A stretch of DNA of 64,000 nt. It comes from Phoronis australis. Lineage: Eukaryota; Animalia; Phoronida. The notes beneath the pieces were generated by a model. The model did no database searches. It was not told the origin of the DNA and saw nothing but the letters and a program-made list of their open reading frames with translations. Of this stretch, positions 51,738-63,596 are shown in pieces. Location: NCBI GenBank assembly GCA_002633005.1, contig NMRA01000252.1:463654-527653 (forward strand), read 5' to 3'. The position numbers and the translations under genes are program-made. Position 1 is the first letter of the stretch. Every line of letters begins with the position of its first letter.

Positions 51738-54700
51738 CCCGGTAACTTTCCGGCACCGGACGGACAGCACTGAAACTCATAGTGAAGCCGACCCGGCTGA
51801 TCTTGATCAGGTCTCGCTGCCATCATTGGCCAACTATCGGGCCAACCAGTAAGTTCCAATCATAGTAGTTGCTGGTTCGGAAATGCCAATAGGTAGAGTG
51901 ATATTTCATCGCTAGTCGTCGGCAGGACTATCACGGTGTAATATGTATGCTAATACNCCCCTTGGCTGCCGCAAAAAAAATAAAACAGAAAGGGCGTAGG
52001 GAAATGGTGAGTTTATTAATTAACCCCGGTAATTAAAATTATACGGATGAAACTATGAAAAGATTTAAATGTGTGCAGTTTTAGTGTCAAATTCGGAACA
52101 CGGCGCATTCGTAACGGAACTATGGCTAAGTATAGGCTCTCCCGCGATATCCCAGGCGACCGGCGGTGGCGCTGCGCAGTACGACTCCGTTTTCGTCGTC
52201 TGCTCCACTGTGCAGTCTGCTCCACTGTGCAATGAAGAAATTTTACTTCATTTTTTAAAGAGAATGGAACCTAAGTGACGATGAAAAAACAGAAGCTGTT
52301 GGTAAGATGTGAATTTTAATCGAAGCCTTAGTGAGTCACTCAGAAACTCGCAATACTCTCTTTGTCAAACCTTATCTTAAGACGATTTCCAAAGCAATCG
52401 CGTCATTATTGCCAACACGAAAAACAGATTTGGTCTTTTGGGCATTTGAAGACTCTTTTAAATACGACAAATTTGTTAAGAATTGATGGCGCAAAATATA
52501 AAACGTATAGCATTACGAAAAGAAGTAGGTTTCGCGCGCAAACGCTGTGGACCATAAACAAGTAGGTCTTTTAGTATATATCTGGTAGTTAAATCGAGGT
52601 GGTGTAGTGGTAACGCCACGCGCTCTCTAAGCTCCAGGTCGTGAGTTTTAGTCTTTGGGACATTCAGTTCAAGTTTTCGTATTTGACACGTTCTCCGTTT
52701 TTTTTCTTTTTTTCTTGGATAATACTTCAGGAATCAAGGAACATGCTTGATTTTTAGAGGTAAAAACAGAAAAATTTCCTGAGCGACCTCCCCCCATTCG
52801 GTGCTATGCGCATCTACAATCGTGGTTCAGTTTGCGCAAATGCCTACAGCCGGACAAAATGTTGGCCCCCCCCTTTGTGATATCCTAGATCCGCCACTGG
52901 AAATGGCCAAGTCAGTTCAAACACCCGCGGACGACAGACCCCGCGGCCACTCGAGGCGGGCCTTCGAACACAAGATATTCTAATAACTCTGTTATTACTA
53001 GTGCACAAATGCCCGGATATAGGAAGTGCAATCAGTGGTAATGAGGTGTTGCGAAAGAGTGAGTTATGGAGGACGGAATGTGCAGGCGGCTGCAAAATAA
53101 TTGATTTAATGGCACTGTAAGGATCCCTCGAGTTGCAAATGTCGAAAAATTCACCACCAACTGCAAACAGGTGGCGTTCATCTCAGTCAGAGGAGTTCTA
53201 AGTCATAATCGGGATGTTTATTGTTTGACGTGATGTGCAGTACTGACAGAACGTAATTGAATAAACATGGCTGGCGTGCTGCAGCACAAACACAATGTCA
53301 TGACCTTCACATTTTGCGATTATTTTATTTGAGCAAGCCTCACAGAACGAAACATGGCAGATAAAAGGTGAGTGACCTGGCAATTAATTTATGCTTGGCT
53401 TATGGAGTAGGAGAATCCAATGTCAGGAACTGAAACTGGACCACCAGCGTATTAGTTTGGCACCCACGCCAATCTTTCAATGAGCATTTGCCCATCGGTG
53501 AGTTACTGAGAGCAACCTTTGTTTTACGGTCGGAATTCAGAACATTTAAGTTTACACCACTCGCCCCTTTGTATAGCGTCCTGGAAGTGGCCAGTAACTG
53601 TCTCCTAATGTTCTCATGGATCCACCAACACCAGGTGGCTCTGTGTCCTTCCACTTGTAGGACACATGTACTTTCTATGCACCAGCAATATGGTACGTCA
53701 AACAAAAATGATGCGTCATTTGTTATTTATCCATTGATTGGATAATCGCGGTGTTTCAAATCTTGGTTAACTTTTGCTTAATTTGTGCAGCTTTTCAAAA
53801 AACACGAGATTTAGCAGAAATTGATGTAGGCGGACATTTTTTATTTAGTGAGCACAGATCGGGAAAAGAGTCTGGGTAAAGACAAGAACTAACTTTACTT
53901 TTACATATTGTGTACCTATATGGACGGCATTCCAAACTGATCCAATATGGTCAGCCAGGAGATTAGAGTAGTTCCTGAAGTGCCTGCTGGGCATGTTGTA
54001 TACTAAATATAAATCATATTAATGTCGCGCCATGCTTTGAAGCCCTGCGTGCATCACATGGTCATTGTCTCTATTTAGTTGTATTCAACATATATAGCAA
54101 TACACTAACTAATTCTGTGCCTGAATTTGAATGTGTGTCGATGGCATGCAAATCTGGTCTCCAGACCGATCGACTTATGAACAATAATTCAATGGCAAGC
54201 AATTTAGACTACATCTCTTACAGCTTCATACTCTGCAAGCTTCGTATAGGAAGTTATACTAAGTTATATTATTACAATGTACCTAGAGATGGCAGCATCT
54301 GTCCAACATCAATGTAACACACTATGTGGCCGACGCCAAGTGAGGGCAGTAGCAGTCGCGAAGGTCTAGTGGACCTGATACCTTCAATTTCAACTTAGAG
54401 CTTGAACTCTGACCTGGATCTTTACTCTAGACTTTTTATAGCATTTTGTCATGTGTCAGACTTATTTTACTGAAAGAAATTGTTGTTTACTGTTAGTGCT
54501 GTGGTTTTTCAAAAAAATGCTGTCTTACGCTTTTGATGAGCCTTCCATTGTCCACTATGTGCTATTAGCGTAGCCTGTAAATTGAATATACTGAACTGTA
54601 CTGTAGATGTGTACATTTAGGCCCCTACACATGTATATTTGAAGTTGTAAAACCTGTAAGTGTAGGTTTAGGCCCCTACGCATGTATGTAGGTTTACGAT

Positions 54701-55340
54701 TTAAATGTAAAGAGTTGTTGTAAGATCAGCATACCAGGGTTGATTGATGTGTCCTCTTTTGAAAACTGATGGAAGATGACAAACTAATGCTTACTTTTCT
54801 TTTTGCTCAGCTCCAGTCATTTAGTGCACAGTGCATGTACTAACTAGCAATGGGGCTATTCGGAAAATCTACAATAACTAGAGGGCGTGCGTGTACTAGT
54901 GGTGATAGATTAACAGCCTCGATTTCGCGAGCCCTTTAAATACATGGTGAAATGGCTTGCAGCCGTGCCAACTGAATCTGAGATTGCGTAAAAAGGGTGC
55001 TTCTATGAGAGGAAGTAAGCACGACCTCATACAAAGGTAAGGTTTGTGATTATTTTAACGATTATTCCATGATTATTCNGAAAGTTGGACATGTACCTGT
55101 CTAGGTTACAAAGTATGTAGTTTATTATCAGCCCTCAGAGGGTTGAACATACTACCTGTCTAGGTTACAAGGTAGTTGATGAACTTACACTTGCACATCG
55201 CAACACAAAGTAACTTCCTGCTTCCTGACCATTTACAACATGAGTAACAATGTGTGTTGAATTTGGGATAAATTCAAAATTATGAGCACTACACTAGTTT
55301 TTTTAATCATTTGCTATTGGTGGGAAACATGCAGTTGGCA

Positions 55341-55555
55341 TTACAAGTATATGTAGTCCGTACAGGAACAGCAGGGTATTTACAAGTATATGCAGTCCAT
55401 ACAGGAACAGCAGGGTATTTACAAGTATATGTAGTCCGTACAGGAACAGCAGGGTATTTACAAGTATATGTAGTCCATACAGGAACAGCAGGGTATTTAC
55501 AAGTATATGTAGTCCGTACAGGAACAGCAGGGTATTTACAAGTATATGTAGTCCA
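55341..55555. repeat. 39-bp minisatellite, about 5.5 copies
   Basis: Unit ttacaagtatatgtagtcc(g/a)tacaggaacagcagggtat. Confidence 0.95.
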
Positions 55556-56259
55556 AAAAGTCCTGTGGTTTGTTCACGATACATGAAGTTGGTCCAAACT
55601 CTAACATTTCATCATATGCTCTGCACAAATATTGACGAAAAATATTTTGGTTTCACTTCGCAGTACAAAGTATAAAGTACAGTGTTATGTCATATACATG
55701 ATCAATAGATTTTTCATAAAGTGTAACCTATTATTTCTGAATTGTAATGTTCTGACAATTACATGATAACAAGTCATTTGGCAGTACTAAAGGAAATATG
55801 TGACTCACGCCTAAAATGACTTCATCAACCTGCAGTCTGGTGGTAACAGCCATCATTATGCACTTTTAGCATTTCATTACAGGGTCAAACAAACCGATCC
55901 CCTTTGCCGTTTTGATACAAATTTGTAGTGTGATATAACCCTAATGGCGGCCATATTGCTTAAATGAGAAGCCATGATGCTAAACACCACACCCAAGTGA
56001 ACAGGTCTTCATGAAAAGTGAAATGTATTATTTTTCGTTTTTAGGAACATGTGAGTCAAAGTTTAAGACTTAATAGTAAAGTGGTTTCAGGTTCCCATGT
56101 TCCTGTAAAGTGATATGGGCTCTACCTGTAGATACTTACGTGGCAAAGTCGTTATCCCCAATAATCTAGGGCCGAATCGATTTTGGGAAAGTATCACCCG
56201 AGGGGCGCTAGGCTGATTATGTGGTATAAATGGTATTAACTGTGTTTACTATGTTTCAG

Positions 56260-59200
56260 TTCGTGAAATGATTCAAAGCTGTCAAGATACACTCAGTGAG
56301 GACGGAGTCCCCTATGTTGCGTTTTGTATATTTGTTCAGGAGTTCTTCAAGGGAAAGTCAGTGCAGTAAGTTGTCTTCTGTCTTTATTGATCGTGTCAAA
56401 GTTCTGATGCGCTTTAGAAGACAGTGTTCTTCAGTCCGTTACAATTTCCACAATCAAAATTGATGTTAAGGTTGTTAACACCCACCAGAAAAATTCTCTC
56501 AAAGCAGACACGACATGATCAATCTTATTCCTAGATAGTATGCCTTTTGATCAACAGACAGGAAGTCAAACATTGTCTTTCATATCATAAGTTATCAATA
56601 CTGACAGTAAATGGTTGTTTGATAATACACTGCTCCTTGATTGCAGATGGCAGCCACCTCGCTCAAAAACACGGCAGAGAACAGACTCGTTTTATAACAC
56701 TAAGAACCAGGAGACAGGTATCTGCCATGTTCCTTCACTTGTTGCCATGGATACATTATTATCTGTCACGTCCCGTCTCTTGTTGCCATGTGTTGCTATA
56801 GTTGAGTAGATTTTTAGACATATTTGCTTAGTGGCAACTTTGTTTTTCTTTCCGTTTGCCGTGATATCTACCATTGATGGAAGTTCATGAAATTTGGCAA
56901 AAAATTACTGTGACATAAACAAGAGCAGCGTCCCCGTAATAACCTTTCAGTTTGTTTGACGTGTCCTTTGACGTCTGCCTCCGCATCGTTCAAGCATCTT
57001 TAGGAATCGGGAGACCGGTGTAACAGTTTCTATTGAGGAGAACATCTCTTAGGCAATTTGCATCTCATAAAGGATATTATTAAGTTCATCAGCACTGATC
57101 CATTTAGTGGGAATGTTTAAGATTATGCTAATATTTTTTAGCTGTGATGTATGCGATGCACATTTTGAGTTCATATCAGGGCTCCATATTGCTTTTGCTT
57201 TGTCTTTTGGCTTTTGTTTTTATTCAGCTGTCAAGCACGCTACAGATTTCTGTCTCTTGGTTTAAGTTGTTGACAGATTTTCTGACTTTCACCTTAGCCT
57301 GATTCCAGGAAACACGCTATGCTGTCCCTAGACTGATTTATGATTTAAAAAAAAAACAGACCAGAGAACAACAGACGCTTCGATAAACAGCCCCCAACTG
57401 CCTACCACTTCCTGCCAGACAAGTAACCATCTCCATTTTGCTGCACACTCGATACTCTATGACAAAAAGTCACATTCAATGTTGTGGGTTTTAAATATCT
57501 GTTTTTACTTTCAGTCTTCCTGGGCGGCTCGTGTAACCCGACCACGTGGAGACATGACTTGGCCATACCTTTCTTCAGTGAACAATCCATTCAGTTCTAT
57601 AACCCAGTAAGTTGGTACATTGATTACTGTCATAAAAATCACGACTCTTTTCTTTAAATATTTCAGAACTCAATTCTCCACTATATTATTAGGTAACCCC
57701 TGACCCCACTGTCCTCTGATTGGCTGAAATGTGGTGCATTAACATCTGTTATAGAGTAATCTTGAACAACTTAGTGTAGAATATCTTGTTTGATTCATGC
57801 CATTCAGATGTCATAGGTTGCTATTAGCAGTCTGACCAATCAGACACTGTACAAACCATAAACCCTGACCCCAAAGCAAGCAGACAATGTCTGCACATCA
57901 AAAGAGATAAGAATCGTCTGATGTAATAAGAGACAAAAACTCAAATTAAAGAAGCATACACTACACAGTCGTACAATATTTCACCGACAATGAGATATTA
58001 TACCCACAATGCTTTGCTATACCATACTACATCAATACTAAAGTTCGCTTTACCCCCCCTGCAGCAGCACTAACCATGGTACATTATACCCCCTTGCAGC
58101 AGGTCATTGACTGGAGACAAGAGCTCGTGGAAATAGAGAACGCTGCTAAGAAGGACGCTGAGCTGCTGTTTTTTGTCATAAACATCAACGAAACGAGGTC
58201 TGCGTCGTCCATGATAGAGGCAGCGTACTTAGCAGGTCTGATGCTAGTGCTGTTTAGAGACCCTGATTGTCTTAGAAGTACATTCTGTTTTTGTTTTTAC
58301 AAATTTATTTAGCAAATTCGGTTTTACTAATAAATGGCATAAATAGGACGAGAGCTGTCACATTTTTCTGCTGAATTATTGCACTGCCACCTGCAGCCAT
58401 GTTTCTCAAAACAGGAAAAGGAAGAGCGCCATCTTTAAAAAAATAAACGTCAGTTATTTGAACATGTCTGCTGAGAAACTATTGTTGGTTATATTGTGTC
58501 CAAAATCATGGAATATTTTTAATTATTCGTTATTAAAAGCAAAAAATGATACAATTATAGCGTTTTTGCTTTATTCTGGGAAAGAATTCAGAATATTTGA
58601 ATTTCATCTGTATTTTGTTATGGCAAAAGGTCAACGTCTCCTTATTGATACCTAGCAATTTGTAATTGACATGTTTTAACATCAATATCATTCTGATCAC
58701 TATTGCACATTACCAGTGTTGTCGCCTTTATGCACAACTGTTGATCATAAGAGTGCAAAAGTTGAACAATCTGTGGTCAGGAGCATCTGTATGTAGTCAA
58801 GTCATACTGTGTGACAGTGCATACTGTGTGACAGTGCATACTGTGTGACATTGCATACTGTGTGACAGTGCACACTGTCTGACAATGCATACTGCCTGAC
58901 AATGCATACTGTGTGACAGTGCACACTGTCTGACAATGCATACTGCCTGACAATGCATACTGTGTGACAGTGCATACTGTGTGACAGTGCATACTGCATG
59001 ACAATGCATACTGTGTGACAGTGCACACTGTTCGACAGTGCATACTGTGTGACAGTGCATACTGTGTGATAGTGCATACTGTGTGACTGTGCATACTGTG
59101 TGACAGTGCATACTGTGTGACAGTGCACGCNTAGATGTGTACATTTAGGCCCCTACACATGTATATTTGAAGTTGTAAAACCTGTAAGTGTAGGTTTAGG

Positions 59201-62200
59201 CCCCTACTCATGTATGTAGGTTTACGATTTAAATGTAAAGAGTTGTAAGATCAGCATACCAGGGTTGATTGATGCGTCCTCTTTTGAAAACTGATGGAAG
59301 ATGACAAACTAATGCTTACTTTTCTTTTTGCTCAGCTCCAGTCATTTAGTGCACAGTGCATGTACTAACTAGCAATTGTACAACAGCATTTGTGAGGCTT
59401 TTAAAATAGTTTGAGACTTGAACTGAAAATAGATGCTTGCAGTCGTTTTTCTTTTAAGAAATGAGGTGTTCGGCAAAATGAGTCATGCCACAAACCAAAC
59501 CTAAAGTGCACTTTTATGGTCAAATCCATAATAAGAATTTTAAAGAAAAGAGGATGATAAAAATGCACTGTCTTTCTAGAGATTTACAAGACTTGTTCAA
59601 GAACCATGCTGGTACCGAAGGCATACTTACTGAGGCGAGCTTATTGTCAGCACTCAGGGAGCTGGACATACATCCATCTAGGTTACAAGGTAAGAAAGCT
59701 GGACATATACCTGTCTAGGTTACAAGGTAAGAAAGTTGGACATATACCTGTCTAGGTTACAAGGTAAGAAAGTTGGACATGTACCTGTCTAGGTTACAAG
59801 GTAAGAAAGCTGGACATATACCTGTCTAGGTTACAAGGTAAGAAAGCTGGACATATACCTGTCTAGGTTACAAAGTATGTAGTTTATTATCAGCCCTCAG
59901 AGGGTTGAACATACTACCTGTCTAGGTTACANGTGTGGATTATTGATTTTTGATTTGTGTTGAAGGATGTGATCGCCAGCTCATCTTGGTGATGAGTCAC
60001 TTCAAAGGTCGTGACCTTGAGGTCAGAGGTGAGAAGATTACAGAGAGGTAAATAACTCCTAAGGGCAGAGTGAGTTCAATTGTAATTAAAGTGACGATAT
60101 TAATTAACATCAACAAAATTGATATTTGAACACAAAATTTGGCGTGACATGTAATTGCTATAATTTCTGAGATATGAATAATATTTTTGCAACATTTTTA
60201 AAGCATGTATAAGGCTACCTTCTGTCACAAAACATGTTTGAAATTCAAATCAATTTTCCTTACTCAGAATATGTTTAATGTCTGGACTGCTATATTGTTA
60301 TTGTCTTATTGTGTGTAGAAGTTGTAAGCCACCGACCACTGAGGTCTGGCCACTGGGTCAACACTGTGACCACAACAAAAGTATTCATTCTATAATATCA
60401 TTTTACAGTCACCTTAGACTATTTTCAACATCGTGCCTGGTAAAAGTGCTAATTGTAGTTATTTGCACACACTACTCGAGGCATCCTCATTACTAACCCA
60501 TGTAACAAACACATGTTTAGTTTGGCTGATGGGTAGCTGTCTAACCCATGTAACAAACACACGTTTAGTTTGGCTGATGGGTAGCTGTCTAACCCATGTA
60601 ACAAACACATANAATTGTTGAAAAACAGCACAAAACAAAAGTAGAATAGAACAGATTCGCACGGTAAAGTCAACGCAAAACCAAGTGGAGGGAAATGCTT
60701 GCCTCCTAAAAAAAACGTCACTTCCGGAGTAACGGACGAGTAATTAATAAAATTACGAAAAGCTGTAATTAAGTGGAAAATATGTCTAGGATAACCAACC
60801 CAACTTATTTTGGCTCAAAATGACATGGAAAAAGGTTGCCTTCGCCTTTAAGATCACTCCGGAATCCCTGGTTAACCCCCCCAGCATTGCCGTAACATAT
60901 CATCTTGAACGTCATTCTGTTGAAAGTATTTTATATTTAGCTGTTTTCCTTAAAGTCCTAGTTTGTGTTTGTTGTTTTTCAGTGAATTTGTGGAGCTCCG
61001 TCGAAGTCAGGAAGTGGTTGTGAAAAATGTGGAGTTGATGAAGATCCCAGTCTTCCGCGACATTGAGAAAGGTTTGCACTGTGCTGCAAAGGTTATTAAA
61101 GAGGTAAGAGGAAAGGGGGAAGGGCGAGGGCGAGGGGGGAGAGGAGAGGGGTAGAGGTAAAGGGCGAGGAGGGCTGGGGATATCTCAGGTGCTGGGTGTG
61201 CAAACCTGTCACTTGAATTCGGCTTCAAACGAATCGCAGATGTAGGTATTAGATCACTTCTTTGCTGCTAGGGTTTTCTGTTGGTCAGACATTAAGTTTG
61301 ACTTCAGATAGCTTCAACTTCAGTAGTTCCTCTTAGTGGTGTTTTTTTGTGTCTGTGGCTGTATCTCCTAAACCCTCTGCAGGACCGTTGTTAATTTTTT
61401 CTATCTTATTTGGTATCTTGGGAGTTAAGCGATGACATCTTTCTGTTTTCAGATGGGTTTGAAGTAGTGCATGCCACCTAGTGGCTATTTTTATTATATT
61501 TGAGTCTGTAGTGATCAAAACCACTCTTAGGATAAACATATTCTTACTGGGAAGGTAATGTTGGCCATAATATTTGAATATCTGTGGTTCCTAATGGCAA
61601 TTTGCCTTAAGTTTGTGTCTTTGGAGATTTCAGTTTGCAGTGCAGTCGTGGGTGCATGTCAATGCTCTGCATTGCTCTTGTAAATGTAATGTTGTGCTGT
61701 CGCAGTAAATAGTGAAATATTGTTTGCCTATCGGATGCACGTCAGTCCCACTCAGTTCACGTGGGCTGTTTATATGGTTATTATTATGGTAGGTATTATT
61801 AATATGAAAATTATTTTTATTGTTATTGTTATAATTATTGTTATTATGTTTGTTGTTATTTTCATTGTTATTATCATCATTAATTCTCTTATTTTACTGA
61901 AAACCACAATTCGTTTATAGTTTTAGTTCGTGAAGAAGTTGTTCAGGTAAAAAATTCACTTACTATACGAACCTTTTATTGTGAACAGTTTGATTTCACG
62001 CCCTGTTTTGTTTCTTGTAGAAACTACGAGTTCAAGATCTGAGGCTGGGTGATGGGGCCCGACCGTTGAGCTCACCTCATGTTATGGTTGCACAAAGTCT
62101 TCTGTGAGTTTTGAGAGTATCGGTCTACACACAGGACATAACTGTGTGCATTGTTTTACCATCATTGTTGCTGTGCACCAAGAACATTTTATTAGGTCAC

Positions 62201-63241
62201 ATGATGTGGCCAACAGATGGCGTGCAGACCAGACAGTTGTATGAAGAGGGACTGAAACATGTTGCCTATATACAATTTGTGAAAACTCTGAATGTCCGTC
62301 TTATGCTGTTTTATTTTCATTACTGAGTCAATTTTTGACTTTGATGCACAAGTGCATTGAATTTTTCAATTATATTATGTATTGCCTCCTAAATTAAGAA
62401 CCTGGTGACTATGCGTGACCCCTGACCCCAGGTCACTATTTGTTTTCAAATGACGATGATGAGATCATGCTGTAGTAAGACTCACCATGGACTGTTATAT
62501 CCTGATGAGTTGACGGCTCACTGTTATATCCTGATGAGTTGACGGCTCACTGTTGTATCCTGATGAGTTGATGGCTCACTGTTATATCCTGGTGAGTTGA
62601 CGGCTCACTGTTGTATCCTGATGAGTTGACGGCTCACTGTTGTATCCTGATGAGTTGACGGCTCACTGTTATATCCTGATGAGTTGACGGCTCACTGTTA
62701 TATCCTGATGAGTTGACGACTCACTCATACTACAGCTAGCTGCTATAACATTATGTTATTTTGATCAGCTAGTCGAGTATATACAAAACTCTACATATTC
62801 TTAAATTGAAAATCCTGTAGAATTTGACGCATGGTTTTATACCAATGTGTCACGAATTGGGTCAGTTGACTATGTATGTTAATAAGATTTAGAAGAACAC
62901 AAGGGGCACATCAATAACAGCATAACAGTATCAAAAAACAATAGCAAATTTTATGTGATATTAATGTTATAGATGAAATCTCAGAAACGCGACAGTTTTC
63001 TAAATTGTAATTTCGTTTTTGTTTGATGCGACTTTTGTCATAAAAGTTGTAAAAGTCATGACATCAGTGTCTGAAAAATGATGAATCTTGGTTCTACACA
63101 TAACCTGAATAAATTCAATGGTTAGAACACACCTGTATGTAAGAACCCCCTTATTTACCCCACTTCTCATTTTGTTTCAGTGAGTATAAAGAGGTGTTCG
63201 ATTCATACAGCAAAAATGGGGGAGAGGTCAATGGTCAAGAT
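56260..63241 (+). CDS. raw: Raw/OLRN-1-like protein (nucleoside 2-deoxyribosyltransferase-like domain flanked by EF-hand-like segments), partial at both ends
   Basis: Phase-consistent GT-AG exons: 56260-56365, 56647-56717, 57515-57606, 58100-58235, 59966-60047, 60983-61103, 62021-62103, 63181-63241. The joined protein contains VFLGGSCNPTTWRHDLAIPFFSEQSIQFYNPQVIDWRQELVEIENAAKKDAELLFFVININETRSASSMIEAAYLAG, which I recognise as the Raw-repeat signature (VFLGGSCNPTTWR...FYNPQV..W...E..AK...LFFV...TR....IEAA..AG). The gene continues beyond the window. Confidence 0.87.
58803..59128. repeat. 17-bp minisatellite ending at a gap
   Basis: Unit gcatactgtgtgacagt and variants; n at 59131. Confidence 0.95.
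59580..59689 (+). CDS. EF-hand-like exon of the raw-like gene lying on a misplaced contig; belongs upstream of exon 56260
   Basis: tctttctag|A GAT TTA ... CAA G|gtaag encodes DLQDLFKNHAGTEGILTEASLLSALRELDIHPSRLQ and joins in phase to G+TT CGT GAA ATG at 56260. The contig flanks (59132-59376, 59842-59931) duplicate 54604-54851 and 55080-55170, which bracket the gap at 55079. Confidence 0.72.
59660..59874 (+). repeat. 37-bp tandem repeat that amplifies an exon end and its splice donor
   Basis: Unit ggacatatacctgtctaggttacaaggtaagaaagct, about 6 copies. The first copy is coding. Confidence 0.93.
60493..60611. repeat. 48-bp minisatellite cut by a gap
   Basis: Unit taacccatgtaacaaacacatgtttagtttggctgatgggtagctgtc; n at 60612. 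Confidence 0.92.
61335..61681 (+). mobile_element. 3' fragment of the same HINE-like family in a raw-like intron
   Basis: It shares tggctgtatctcctaaacc and ccacctagtggc with 31004-31561. It ends with the subterminal IR gtgggtgcat and the stem-loop caatgc-tct-gcattg. Confidence 0.5.
62491..62726. repeat. 29-bp minisatellite, about 8 copies
   Basis: Unit actgtt(a/g)tatcctgatgagttgacggctc. Confidence 0.95.
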
Positions 63242-63596
63242 GTGAGTATTTGAATTAAAATTCATTCTCTGCTGGGCAATGTGTTGATGAGTCATTTATC
63301 TTTCATTTGAAAGATTTATCAATTTAGGAAATAATTAAATTGATCTCCTGTATCTGGAGCCCTCGCGGGATTTGAAGTGGCATTTGTCCTGACTATGGCG
63401 ATTCCCTCAAATTTCACTCATTGCCACAACATTGGAAATGACAACCTGGCCATTTAATAAGCTTGAAGGAAAAGGTATTCACGTTCACGTTCACGTTCAA
63501 ACAAAAACAATCACCACGTTATCCATTTCCTAATTTTCAAAATCTCACTTCATTACAACAAACGTGTGCTTGGCTGATGCGACTGTGTAAACCTTA

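Noticed and set aside
52261-52301. Candidate first coding exon of the raw-like gene (...GAAGCTGTTG|gtaag)
   Set aside because: The donor is good, but the open frames end in phase 0 or 1 while the tag acceptor at 59579 needs phase 2. It may be a 5' UTR exon; the start codon was left unassigned.
58777-59211. Cys/His-rich ORFs resembling metal-binding proteins
   Set aside because: They are translations of the 17-bp minisatellite, open in several frames, inside an intron.
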